Below, one piece after another: positions 1 through 61,440 of a stretch of DNA of 64,000 nt (its first letter is position 1; each line of letters opens with the position of its first letter). This DNA is from Octopus vulgaris (taxonomy: Eukaryota): NCBI GenBank assembly GCA_951406725.2, contig OX597833.1:12276001-12340000 (forward strand), given 5' to 3'. Under the pieces are notes generated by a model, which was given only the letters and a program-made list of their open reading frames with translations, was not told the DNA's origin and searched no databases. Position numbers and translations under genes: made by a program.

Positions 1-643
1 GCTCGATATGAATCACGACTATAAGATACCCGCTTTTGGTTACACTGCACCGCAAAATGTGGGAGTAGTTAGGAATCTAAATCGCAGGAGACAGACAGCA
101 CACAACTTCTCTTTTATATATAAAGACTAGCAGTATCGCCCGGCGTTGCTCGGGTTTGTAAGGGAAATAACTATATAAGCATTTTTAGAGAGTTACTTCC
201 CTTATAGATGCCAATTCGGGCTTTCTTAGCCATTTCTGTTTTGGTGTCTTCAAGCCATGAAGTCGTTGTTCTAAAAGAACGCTGGTCTCCTTGACAACGC
301 ATTACGACGTTGATTTCCTTAAACTCCCTTCCCCACAGCTTCACGAGGGAGGGAAGAAGGGGGAGAAGCAAACACAGATGCAGGTGTTTGAGCGTGGACG
401 CCAACTCCGCCGCCATCGACACACGAAAAATTATGCATTAAAATGGAATAAAAAATGATGTTAAATTATTTTTAAAATCGTAGACTCATCGTAGACGCGC
501 GCTAATACCCAGACGGGCTTGATATGAATCACGACTATAAGATACCCGAATTTGGTTAAACTGCACCGCAAAATGTGGGAGGAGTTAGGAATCTAAATCG
601 GAGGAGACAGACACTCACACAACTACAGTTTTATATATATAGA
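1..643 (-). mobile_element. Two head-to-tail non-autonomous Helitrons (1-126 partial; 127-643)
   Basis: Minus strand shows a 5' TC start, a 3' hairpin CCCGAGCAACGCCGGG followed by CTAG, and a CTAG|TC junction at 126/127. Confidence 0.75.
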
Positions 644-889
644 TATGCGTAAACAAATTCTTAAACAAACGTGTATTTGAACGTATCAAAGCGAATGGTT
701 AAATTGTTGAGCACACGACCATACAATTAGGTGTATTTCTGAAGTACATGTTCTTCATTATACTTCTTGCAGCTAAGAAATAAATATTTATGCTCTACTT
801 GCTTCTGTAAATTTATGGCTAATTAATTATTGTATACACCCTGTTAATTTATGCAGTTATTAAGCTAATGTATTTATGTGCGTGTATCA

Positions 890-951
<62 letters not shown>

Positions 952-1189
952 CTATTCATTCTTAATATATGTGTATGCGTGTGTGCGTATGTATGTGTGT
1001 GTGTTGTAAAATAATTGTGATTTATACCTTGTAGTATTCCGTTTAAAGCCTGTTCACCGTATTCGGCTACCTAATGTCATCTCCTGTATGAATATAAATG
1101 CCACTGGATTTATTTCAGGAATTCCTTCGTGTCCGTAGAATTTATAACACATGAGAGAAAGAGAAAGAAAATTTACGAGGTTCTTTATT

Positions 1190-1297
1190 AATCACTACGA
1201 TCGTTTCGGCACATCGTGCATCGGTCCCTCGGGCGTGAGATTCGGTACAAATAGTTGTGGTGCATCATTCGGGGCAGATGTGCCTCGTCAAATGATT
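1190..1297 (-). ncRNA. Type I hammerhead ribozyme motif (U3.G8 core, long stem II insert), Penelope-associated
   Basis: AAUCAU-UUGACGA-GGCACAUC...GAUGUGCC-GAAAC-GAUC-GUA-GUGAUU: stem I 6 bp, stem II 8 bp, palindromic stem III. It is preceded by an RKIEALF GIY-YIG-like tail. Confidence 0.7.
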
Positions 1298-2043
1298 TGT
1301 TAAAAAGTGCTTCGATCTTTCTTCTCTGTATCGCCTATTTTGAAATGATAAACCAACCATGGAAACAGTAAACCAGCCATGGAAGCATTAAACCTGTTAA
1401 GGAATAAACAGAAAACAACATACAAAGCACACAATAGGACGTTCAAGCAAACTCTAAACGACTATTGAATTTTATAAAGTAAATATATATATAGATATAC
1501 AAACACATGCCCATACATACATATATAAAACACATTCCCCCATTATAACCTCCAGCAGACACCGTTATCCGCCGACCGGCCAATGCATGTGTCCAGAGGA
1601 AACGACTCACAAATGAAAATTAGCGGTTCGGCAAAAGAGACCGATAGAATTAGTACTAGGCTTACAAAGAATAAGTCCTGGGGTCGATTTGCTCGACTAA
1701 AGGTGGTGCGCCAGTTAGATGACTGCAACAAGTAAAAGAGTAAAAGAGTAATATATATATGTATATATATAGAAGTATATGCATATATGTGCGTATATGT
1801 ATATGCATATATATATATATGTGCGTGTGTATATGCATACATATATATGTCAATATATATATATATATATATATATATGCATATATATAGGTATATATAT
1901 ATGTATACATATTATTACATATATATGTGTGTGTATATATATATATACATATATATATATGTGTGTGTGTGTGTATATGTTTATACATATATAAAAATAT
2001 ATATATAGATATATATACATATGTCTATATATACATATATATT

Positions 2044-2077
<34 letters not shown>

Positions 2078-3435
2078 GTACATATATATATATATATGCA
2101 TCAAATGAAATAAAAAAAACAGAACACAAAGGATGACACGTTACACGTGTTTCAAGCTTTATAAAACAACCTATTCTTGTATCAATGTGTAATCGACATA
2201 ACAGATGGTTTAAATATATATATACATGTACATCTATATATACATATAGCGTAGATGTGTGTTAAGAAGCTAGCTACCCACCCATATGGTCGTGGGTTCA
2301 GTCCCACTGCGTAGCACCTTGAGCAAGTGTCTTCTACTATAGCCATCACCTGACCAAAGCCATGTCTATCCTATATGTATATGTGTGTGTGTGTGTGTGT
2401 ATTTGTGCCTGTATTTGTTCCTCCACGATCGCTTAAAAACCAATGTTGGCGTGTTTACGCCCCTGTAACTTGGCGGTTCGGCATAAAATATCGATAGAAT
2501 AAGCCCCGGGCTTACAAAGAATAAGTCCATGGGTCAATTTCTTCAACTAAAAGGCCGTACTTCAGCATGGCCACACTCAAATGTCTAAAACAAGTAACAG
2601 AATAAAAAAGTAATATATATATATATATATATATATTTCTTTACTACCCACAAGGGGTTAAACACAGAGGGGACAAACAAGGACAGAAAAGGGATTAAGC
2701 CGATTACATCGACCCCAGTGCGAAACTGGTACTTTATTTATCGACCCCGAAAGGATCAAAGGCAAAGTCGACCTCGGCGGAATTTGAACTCAGAACGTAA
2801 CGACAAACGAAATACCGCTAAGCATTTCGCCCGGCACGCTAACATTTCTGCCATATATATATGTATGTATGTATACGCACACACACACACACACAGGTGT
2901 GTGCGTGAGCGTGTGTGTATATGTGTGTGTGCGCGCGCGTGTAACGTTTGTTCGTCATTCCCTAAAATATTTTACCATTATCAATTAATGCAGTGCCTAG
3001 TACCCGATTTCTGTTCCCTCTCTTAATGTCACCGTTCTGGGTGCGACACCGTGTGTGCATCTATCTATTTATGTGTCTTCACTTCTTTATCACCTTATCT
3101 CTCCATTGCCTTTTTTGTCTACTCTTCTCACTTCATATTAGACGCCCGTTTTCACATTTTAAACAAGTTACCTAACAGGCATTGAATAATACTTCTTAAT
3201 TTCCCTTCATGCATACTCTAACATATTTAAATATATTATTTTAGCTTTCAATTATTGTTTGAGACATGTCACATTATGTCATTTGCCTCCGTATTACTCA
3301 TTCTCATTATATTAATGTGCAGTTATGAAATATCTGATATGGTGTATGACTTCTTAATTCTTTCTCTACGATGTTTTTGTTTCTCATATTTTTTTTACAT
3401 GCTATTATTTGGTTTGTAAGTCTGTTTTATATAAA

Positions 3436-4030
3436 CTAGCAGTATAACCCGGCGTTGCTCGGGTTTCTTTTCTTTTCGAGCCTTTAGAATTGGAATTTTT
3501 GAAAAGTAAAAAGCTTTTTTCTGATTTTGCTAGAAGGACTCCTGTTCTTAAATTCTGTTGTTCTATCTATTATCATTCTATTATATATAGAACAATAAAC
3601 AATGGAATTGGAATAAAAATAAAATAAAGGGTAGAAGCAGTATCGTCCGGCGTTGCTCGGGTTTGTTTTGACCCTTTAGAATTGGAATTTTTGAAAAATA
3701 AAAATTTTGCATTATGTAGCTTGTTATTCTCTTCAAGTGGACATTTTTCTCGTTGAAATACACAGAAAAATGGCGATACAGCAGTCAAAAAATCGTAAAA
3801 AATAGGGATTTTCATAGTAAAAAAGCACCTTTTTTATGTAAATAATTTTTATTCTTAACATGGTCCGATTTGAATTTTTCTTCTACGGAATGAAGAGCAA
3901 GCCTTCTTCTATCACACACTCAAATTTGGTCAACTTGCGCCGCAGGGTCTCGGAGGAAATAGTGTTAGTTGAAGGCTACCAAACCTGCCACACACACACA
4001 CACAGACAACTTCAGCTTTATATATAAAGA
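3436..4030 (-). mobile_element. Non-autonomous Helitron with duplicated 3' end
   Basis: Same hairpin at about 3447 and 3645; 5' TC-TTTATATAT near 4030. Confidence 0.65.
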
Positions 4031-4124
4031 TATATAAACGCAGGACAGTGTGTGTGTGCACGTTTGTGTATATCTGTGTGAATGAGCATGAATATATATA
4101 TATATACATATATTTTTGTATATT

Positions 4125-4460
4125 GAGACCCCCTTCGGTCATGACTGACCGTGGGATTGCACCTAGAAAGTTACCCTCCCAGGCACAAGTCCAGGCAAGG
4201 TTGTTCATGGAAGACCAACAGTCGCCCATGCATGCCGGCCTTCCCTCTCCACGCCACTGATGTTATCCAAAGGAAAAGCAAAGGCCAATACAGCTTGGCA
4301 CCTGTGACGTCGCAACTCATTCCTACAGCTGAGTGAACTGGAGCAAGGTGAAATAAAGTGTCTTGCTCAAGATCACAGCACAGAGCCCGGTCCAGGATTC
4401 GAACTCACAACCATACGATCGTCAGCTCGACGCTCTAGCCATTAAGCCATGCGCCTTCAC
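4125..4460 (-). mobile_element. tRNA-derived SINE (CORE/V-like central motif)
   Basis: GGCGCATGGCTTAATGGCTAGAGCG...GAGTTCGAATCC head, then CTTGAGCAAGACACTTT. Confidence 0.75.
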
Positions 4461-4566
4461 TTTTTGTATAAATTTGTGTATATTTTTGTATATATTTGTA
4501 TATATATATATATGTGTGTGTGTGTGTAGATATATATATTTACATATAACATAAACATATATACAT

Positions 4567-4850
4567 ATATGTATGATACATGTATGTATGCATACATGTA
4601 TATGTATGCATACATGTATATGTATGATACTATGTATGTACATGTATATGTATGCATACATATGTATGCATACATGTATATGTATGCATACATGTATATG
4701 TATGCATACATGTATATGTATGCATACATGTATGTATGCATACATGTATATGTATGCATACATGTATATGTATGCATACATATATGTATGCATACATGTA
4801 TATGTATGCATACATGTATATGTATGCATACATGTATATGTATGCGTTTG
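4567..4850. repeat. 18-bp palindromic minisatellite (TATGTATGCATACATGTA)n
   Basis: About 14 units with slippage variants. Confidence 0.9.
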
Positions 4851-4890
4851 TGCATATATATGTGTATATGTATGCGTCTGTATATATGTT

Positions 4891-4968
<78 letters not shown>

Positions 4969-5117
4969 TGTATGTGTATACATATGAATGTGTATGTTTG
5001 TATGTGTTTATATGAAAAAGTGTGAAACGGTGATGCCATTTTTATGCCTTCCTGCTATCCTGATGTCTGTGTTGATTAATTCACCTAACTAAAAGGATAT
5101 CCTCCTGGTTTTAATTA

Positions 5118-5630
5118 CCGTAAATCCTCGAGTATAGTCCGCTGAGGATTTTTAGGGGGCTGTACCTCTGAAAAACCTAAACCTTGTATATAATACGTAC
5201 CCCATCTCTAACTTGAGTCAATGAGGTCTATATAACGTCCTTGGTTTATAAAACTGTATACGGTAACATCCTTTATTATTATTATATACATAACATAATG
5301 CAAACGTGTAGCTAATTTCTGCATTTTGTTTGCAGAATATAAAGAAATAACAGTAATAACAGTAATAACAGTAATAACGTTTAATAGATGTTGCTTACTG
5401 CAAGTTATGGATGATTCTTTTATGACTTCATTGTTTTCAGGCTTAGCTTAAGGTATTTTCACGCCCGACATCAAAAAATGCGTCTGAATAAACATTGCCG
5501 GACAGCATATAGAAACTCGGACATTGCTTAGAAAATAATTTTAATTTTTAACCTCGTATATAGTGCGCACTAGGGATTTTGACCTTTCAATTTTGGGGAA
5601 AAAGTGCGGATTATACTCGAGGATTAACAG
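5118..5630. mobile_element. Tc1/mariner-superfamily (pogo/Tc2-like) MITE
   Basis: TA|CCGTAAATCCTCGAGTATAGTCCGC ... GCGGATTATACTCGAGGATTAACAG|TA. Confidence 0.75.
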
Positions 5631-5749
5631 TACCTTAATGACATATCTTGGCTACAGCTTGTCTACTTTCATAGCAAGTTATTGTTATAAACTAATTAAG
5701 ATAACGCTTTGAAATAATAGAGTTGTTTGATCACTTTCTTTGTTGCATA

Positions 5750-7260
5750 GCGTTATAATCTTGATTTCTCTATAAATTCGAATGCTCTGTTTTAAAATAC
5801 CACTTATCCATCCAACTTGTTGGATATATCATCATCATGGCTTTACCTCACCTTTTTATAGCAGTTTAAAATTTTATCTGAAGAAGGAAAATTCAAGCTG
5901 TTGTGTAATCTGTGAATACATCAATAAAATCCTACCGAAACAATTGTCGTAAATTTTAAACTACATCTATGTTCGTCTTTTTATACCTATACCTTACCTT
6001 GAACCAATCTTGTGTCGGATCTACTTATATATCAATATACCTACGGTATTCCACCAATGCCTTCATGATTATTTTACCTCTTAGTGTGTTTAATACGAAG
6101 AGACTTTCAAGATCATAGGTGTCAGCACTGTCATAAATCGTATGACAGCACTGACATTTGCGATCTTGTAGGTCTCTTTGTATTAAACACATTGAGCTCC
6201 AAGTATCCATCCTACAATGTTGGTCTATAACGAGACGATGGAGTAGGTATTTTCCATGACTGATGTTACACCAACGGTAAATTTAGGAAACAACTCACCT
6301 CCATCTTTTATCAATTAGGCATTAAAGTCACAGTCTTTACTAATCTGTCAAAATTCGATATTTTAGATGTTTCTCTAGACCTAAACTTTTCTTATAAGCA
6401 TAAGCCCACGGGAGACTTTCCTACATATACAAAGTCTTGTTGCCACCACTCCCAAAGGGTTTAAAATCCTGAGAACCAACATTAGTAACAGAATATCTAA
6501 CCTCTCTTCCTTTAAGGAAATTTTCCAACATGCAGCCTCCTACAATATTGGCTTCAATATTGAATTAATTTACAATCCCTCTCGTAACAGTACGAATAAA
6601 AAAATATACCTATAAGTAGCCCTAGGAGAAAAATTTGGTTCCCCGACCCTGTCCTTTTCTTTTAATGTTTAAACCAATATAGGAAAAGGATTCCTCTTCC
6701 TCTTAAACAAGCATCTTCCGAAAAATATTCAACAGGTACTCTGTCAAACTATCATATAGCTTCTGTCCCAGTATGAAGAGCATCATCACACACAAATACC
6801 ACCAAGAATGTAATTCCATTTGTAAATGTAGAAACCCTGGAACCTGTCCACTCAACCAGGGGTGCTTGATTAAATCCATCATATATAAGGCCGAAGCTAC
6901 AACAATCACTAGATGGTAACATAACGGAAAAGAAGATCTACATCGGGCTATGTGAAGGCGACTTCAAACATCGCTAAGCTGGCGTCATACATTCCTTCTG
7001 GCACAAGGACAAACGTAAAGCCACTGAGTTGGATAGACATGTATGCGGTTTGAAGTCTAACGCCACACTACATAAAATCAAGTAGAAAATAGTTGAAAAG
7101 TCTACACTACATGTCAATGGATCAAAAAGATGTAAGATATACATAGCTGAAAGATCACAGATTCTTTTCAGATCTAAGAACTCCGCCGCACTGCTGAATT
7201 CCAGATCTGATATTTTCATCAGATGTAAACATATTGGTGCGTTCCTGTTAGCGAATTGGA
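5750..7260 (+). mobile_element. Degraded Penelope-like element (RT C-terminus plus GIY-YIG)
   Basis: Frameshifted remnants include IIYKAEAT..KIYIGLCEGDFKHR..HSF..ATELDRHV..LK..NGSKRC..LLNSRSDIFIRCKH. The 5' limit is approximate. Confidence 0.7.
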
Positions 7261-7632
7261 AAATACCACCCTCTCCGGTTTAAGCTGCTGTACTGCAGAA
7301 TCTAGGTTACTATCCATTCAGCCTTATGATTCAATGGCCAAATGGGATATAACTCTAATTCTCACACAAATACACACTCACATAAACACATTTTTTTCTT
7401 TTTCCTTTATTCTTTTTTGTTTTCCTGTGTTTTCAGCCTTCCACCCTTTACATCTAATTTCTTCTAATCTTTTCTCGTGTTTTCTCTCTTCTTTCGTCCT
7501 GTGTTAGCTTGCTATACCATGTTCGCAGATCCCGAGGATTGAGTGAAGGCACCAGATGTATTATAAAATGCTATAAAAACAATATACTGTGCTTATTATA
7601 TAATAAACATACTTATATATGCATATATAAGC

Positions 7633-7683
7633 TTTGTCAGTGAACAGGTCGCGGTTTCAAAGCGACGAAAATATTTTGACAAA
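7633..7683 (+). ncRNA. Type I hammerhead motif with G3-C8 core
   Basis: UUUGUCA-GUGAACA-G-GUCGC(GGUUUCAAA)GCGAC-GAAAAUAUUU-UGACAAA: 7-bp stem I, 5-bp stem II, palindromic AAUAUU stem III. Confidence 0.7.
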
Positions 7684-7883
7684 TTAAATTTATATATTGA
7701 AGTGAATCTAACGGTTTTGTGTGTTTCTTAAATGGCTTATAAACACCTTCCACGCTGCAATTGTTTTCGTTCCAGCACACGATCTCAGATCAAGTCACTC
7801 GCTATGCAAGTACATCTCCGTAATATATATATATATATAAAAATACACACATATATATGTATGTATATATTTGTATGTGTGTG

Positions 7884-7944
<61 letters not shown>

Positions 7945-8149
7945 ACATATGCAGCTATATAAATATATATATATATTACTCAAAGAATTTCCAACTGTAT
8001 CTGATTTTCACGTTTTATTTACAATCTTATGTTAATATAATATAAGATAATATAATATAATGAAATGATACAATATTAAATGCCCATTCTGATCGAACTA
8101 GTACTTTCATGCATTAAACTATGCGATCTTTAGGTTCATATAGTAGGAA

Positions 8150-8636
<487 letters not shown>

Positions 8637-8911
8637 TACAGACAGACGAAGTCTTTGTTTTAAAAATGAAATACGAAAAAGTAACAGGTTGCAGTAAGGT
8701 TAGGCAATAAAAAATGACACAATACAAGAATAATGGATAAATACTTTATTGGGTATCACTGACTTCGATGTTTTCTAACAACGGTACATCAGATGACCTG
8801 AAAATTAGAATAGCGTACGCAGAGCAGAACTTCGAAAGAACTCTTACACAACTGTTTGGAATGACAGATTCTTCACTTGTAGAACTCATGTTTAAATTCT
8901 CTCCACTGTTT

Positions 8912-8952
<41 letters not shown>

Positions 8953-9030
8953 GAGAGAGAGATGGGTGGGTGGATGGATGGATGGATGGATGGATGGATG
9001 GATAAATAAATAGATAGTTAGACAGACATG

Positions 9031-9082
<52 letters not shown>

Positions 9083-9384
9083 TATTGATTGATTGATTGA
9101 TTGATTGATAGATATGCATGCGTACATACCTTTATATTCATATGTACATATATAAATATTTATACTATACATATAAGTAAGAATGTATGTATTTGAATCT
9201 ATAGGTATATATATATATATATAATAAAGGGTAAAATTAATAATTAATAATTTTACCAAGTAGTTCGGTATGTTAAAAGAGCCATTATCAGTAACCTTAT
9301 ACAAAAATTCTATACTTATAAGCATAATTATAATTAGGGTTTAGCAATAAATTGCTTCATCACATAATTATGCTTATAATTATA

Positions 9385-9464
<80 letters not shown>

Positions 9465-9656
9465 TAGGAGGAGGATAAATGTGTGTAGAAGTGTGTGTGC
9501 GTATGCGTGTGTGTGTGTGTGTGCATGTGTCTGTGTATTTATACATGTGTATATTACTCAAAATAACATGCTAAATAAATGATTCAATTTTTGAACTCTT
9601 TACCAATGAAAATAAATTCTACTTATAATTCATTTTACCCCCTTTAATAAAACTGG

Positions 9657-57283
<47,627 letters not shown>

Positions 57284-57330
57284 TTTGTTTTTCGAGAGTG
57301 GAAGGAAAACAATCTATCTCAGAAAAAATA

Positions 57331-57376
57331 AATCTGATATTTAACTCAATTTATGTAACGTGCTTATATATATATA
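57331..57376 (-). promoter_or_regulatory. Candidate core promoter of the peroxidase-like gene (TATA plus Inr-like)
   Basis: Minus strand TATATAAG (57370-57363) lies about 30-35 nt upstream of TCAGATT (57337-57331), about 50 nt above the ATG. The AT-rich background limits confidence. Confidence 0.35.
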
Positions 57377-58076
57377 ACTGTGTGTGTATGCATATATACG
57401 GGAAAGAAAATATATAGATATGAAAAAATGTTTGTATATTCAAATACAAACACATAAATACATTCACATATAAATGTGTATATACATATATATATATCAA
57501 TTTGGGCGTTAACCCAGGAGTATATTATCTATGTGTGCATGTGTGCATATATATAAATCAATCAATTCGCACACATTCATATATACACATATAATTATTC
57601 ACACACTCGCTCACGCCAATTTGGTGGGAAATTTTCACTTACTACCGGTCACGTTTTTCAGTCGGTGTAGATTCTTTAAATATCATGAGAAGTAAACATT
57701 ATTTATTTGTAACCATATCGACAGACACGTGCACGTATGTAGGTCCATATGTATACAGACTATCTTCAGAGCCATACCTGGATACATATGGGTATATCAC
57801 TTTGATATATACGCACATACAAGCATACACATGTATTTGATCATACATGCATACAAAATGTTGTGCATACACGTACGCATCATACACATAGCTGAACAGG
57901 TGACTGATACCGTTGTCTTAGATATGTCTCTGTGTCACTCAATCAAAAATCTATCAACGCAAAATCCTAAAATTGTTTACTCCCATACCACTACACAATT
58001 AAAGAACTCAGGAAAAAGTCGTCAACTTCAGACAAACACAACAGTGACCACGAGCCTTATGAAATAGTATAAAGTA

Positions 58077-58983
58077 CAGGGTGTCCATAAAGTCTCTTTA
58101 CAATTTAAAAAAATTATTACAAAGGCAGTTGATGAGATATTTTAACCAGATTTGTTTTATTTTAATAATTGTTTATTAAAGTTTTTATTGATATTAAATT
58201 TTTGTGTTTCAGATACTCTGTTGATGGAAGGGATCCCTATAAAATGAGGATGAAGCATTCCTCAAGCGAGTTTGTTTTAGTGACGAGGCGACTTTTCATG
58301 TTTCAGGAAAATTAATCAGACACAATGTGAGAATCTGGGGATCAGAACACCCCCACATGACTAGGGAGCTTCAACAGGATAGTCCAAAAGTGAATGTGTG
58401 GTGTGGAATCATGTGCAATCGAATAATTGGTCCATTTTTCTTCAACGAGGCAACAATTACTGCAGATGTTTACCTCGACCTTCTGACCGAATATGTGGCA
58501 CCACAACTGATTGATTTACAACCAGCCATCATTTTCCAGCAAGATGATGCACCACCACATTGGGGACGGCATGTTCGTCAGTTCCTCAATCAAACATTTC
58601 CTGACCGATGGATTTGAAAGGTCGGGCCATTTCCATGGCCATCGTGTTTGCCAGATATCACTCCTTTGGACTTCTTTTTATGGTGTTATGTAAAAGATAT
58701 CGGGTATCAAACAAAGATACAGGACATTGCTGACTTGAAGCAAAGGATTCGTAATGCCATTGCCACCGTTGATGAGGCTATCCTACAGCGAACATGGCAA
58801 GACATCGAGGACCGTCTTGATGTGCGTCATGCAACTAATGGTGCCCATATTGAGGTCTATTAAATAACAGTTAAAAAACTATAATAAACAGTTATTACAA
58901 TAAAACAAATCTGGTTAAGATATCTTGTCAACTGCCTTTGTAATAAAATTTTTAAATTGTAAAGAGACTTTATGGACACCCTG
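58077..58983 (+). mobile_element. Internally deleted DD41D (rosa-type) Tc1/mariner element
   Basis: TA|CAGGGTGTCCATAAAGTCTC TIRs of about 90 bp; FSDEATFH, QQDDAPPHW and PDITPLDFFLW motifs with 41-residue D-D spacing and one stop. Confidence 0.88.
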
Positions 58984-59642
58984 TGGTTTAATTGGTAGAG
59001 CAGTGCACAACCTGTTTTACCTTGTGTTGAGGTTCGGTATTCATTCATTGCCAGTTCGGTCATTTATTTTTCCTGAGTTTGATAAAATAAACTATCATTT
59101 TTCTACTGCCTCTCTATCTCTCAGACATACACACATACACACACACTTTCAAGCCGTCTTACTCTTTCTTTCCTTAATAGCGGGACCCGTGAATGTTTCA
59201 CGGAATTAATGATAAACTTATTGGGTTATTTCTGTAACTTGATCCAAAAAACCTGAAATCGCAGACTGTGTTGTGTTTGTATCAAAATATAATCACTCAT
59301 CTACTATTTATTGAAGAGTGAAAGAAACTGGAATACGATGATTACTTATTTATACACAATTTTATAGATTTAACACGCAGCACTCATAACATAAATATTC
59401 ACTCTTATTTTTCTATTTATCCTATAAACAAAATAAACAACCCGTACATATGATACAACCTTTGATTTGCCACGTAAATAAGTGTGTATATTTCACGGAA
59501 TTGCACTTATGCACATGCATTAAGTGATAGGTGATATTAAAAAACTTGTTCCAATTTAAAAGAAATAAACTTTTCACTATTCAAAAACTACCTCCACCAC
59601 CACCAGCACATTCATTTCTCTCTCCCTCTTCTCTTTCTCTAA

Positions 59643-59711
<69 letters not shown>

Positions 59712-59888
59712 GCTCTGTCTGCTTTTCTTTAACTTCACCATCAGAACATCACCCCTCTGCTAAAATTATATTTTTAAATCACTTCCTCTCTAACGCTACT
59801 TTCAATTAACTTTTTTACCACGTAATAAATATTACGTCTCTCTACCATACGTCATAGATGCTTCTCTTTTCCTCTTTTTCTTTCTTCT

Positions 59889-59929
<41 letters not shown>

Positions 59930-61440
59930 CTCCTTTCTGTCTTACACTTCGTCTTATCCTCTTTTTCTCTCTCCTTTTCCTTTCTCATCATTTTCCCTTC
60001 GACTATTCACGTGAAATCTTTACAATTACATTCCCTCTACCTCATGACATGGATGCTTCTCTCCCTCTTTTTCTCTCTCCCTCTTTTTCTCTCTCCCTCT
60101 TTTTCTCTCTCCCTCTTTTCTCTCTCCCTCTTTTCTTCTCTCCTTTCCTTTCTCCCTCCTTTTCTCTAAATACGTGACGGCCTTACCGACGGGCTAAGTA
60201 ACGTAATGACGAGCAGAATTATTATTGCAGCCTTACTCCTTGTGCTCTCTCTTTCTCTTTGCCTTTTTCTCCCCCTCTCTCTCTCTCGCTCCTCTCATTA
60301 TCTCTCTTTCTCTCTCTCCCTCCCTTTCGTTCGCTCTCTTTCTTTCTCTCCCTCCCTTCCTCTTCTTCTTCTTCTTCTCCTTCTCATTTTTTCCTTCATC
60401 TTTTTCTTCTTTCACACAAAAAATATGGCAAATATATCATTGCTTCCCCAATCGATTAAGAGGGCATCTTTGGTTGAGTTTTTTGATCGTCAACTAAAAG
60501 CGTTTTGCGATACTTCACACGATTTTCTGCACTATGAGCGCAAATCTCACTGAAATCAACTTTGCCTTTCGTCCATTCGAGATCGATAAATATAAAAGAA
60601 ATGCAATAGTGCGACAACAATGTCATCATTCTGGGTTTGTTCTCTCTTACTCTTTTACTCTTTTACTTGTTTCAGTCATTTGACTGTGGCCATGCTGGAG
60701 CACCGCCTTTAGTCGAGCAAATCGACCCCAGGACTTATTCTTTGTAAGTCTAGTACTTATTGTATCGGTCGCTTTTGCCGAACCGCTAAGTTACGGGAAT
60801 CCTGGAATCGAAATGCTTAGCAGTATTTCGTCCGCCGTTACGTTCTGAGTTCAAATTCCGCCGAGGTCGACTTTGCCTTTCATCCTTTCGGAGTCGACAA
60901 ATTAAGTACCAGTGTCGATATAATCGATTTAATCCGTTTGTCTGTCCTTGTTTGTCCCCTCTGTGTTTAGCCTTTTGTGGGCAATAAAGAAATAAGAAGC
61001 TTGCTTCTCTGTCACATGGTTCCGGGTTCAGTCCCACGCGGCACCTTGGGCAAGTGTCTTCTACTTTAGCCTCGGACCGACCAAAGCCTTGTGAGACGGA
61101 AACTGAAAGAAGCCCGTCGAATATATGTGTGTGGGAGTGTGCGTGTGTGTGCTTGTATTTTTCCCCTCACCATCGCTTGACAACCGATACTGTTATGTTT
61201 ACGTCCCCGTAAATTAGCGGTTCGGCAAAAGCGACCGATAGAATAAGTACTAGGCTTACAAAGAATAAGTCCTAGGGTTAATTTGTTCGACTAAAGGTGT
61301 CGTTCCAGCATGGCCGCAGTCAAATGACTGAAACAAGGAAAAGAATAAAAGAATACATACATACATACATACATACATACATACATACATACATACATAC
61401 ATACATACATACATACATACATACATACATACATACATAC

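Noticed and set aside
2136-2160. Half hammerheads (GAAAC-ACGU-GUA at 2136-2160 minus; GAAAC-GC-GUA at 39541-39560 minus)
   Set aside because: The 5' core and stem I partner are missing, so they were not counted as ribozymes.
9643-9648. ATTAAA just after the peroxidase stop as the poly(A) signal
   Set aside because: Possible but unsupported; such hexamers are frequent in this AT-rich DNA and there are no transcript data.
59858-60553. Hydrophobic Leu/Ser/Phe ORFs resembling membrane proteins
   Set aside because: They derive from CT-rich polypyrimidine low-complexity sequence.
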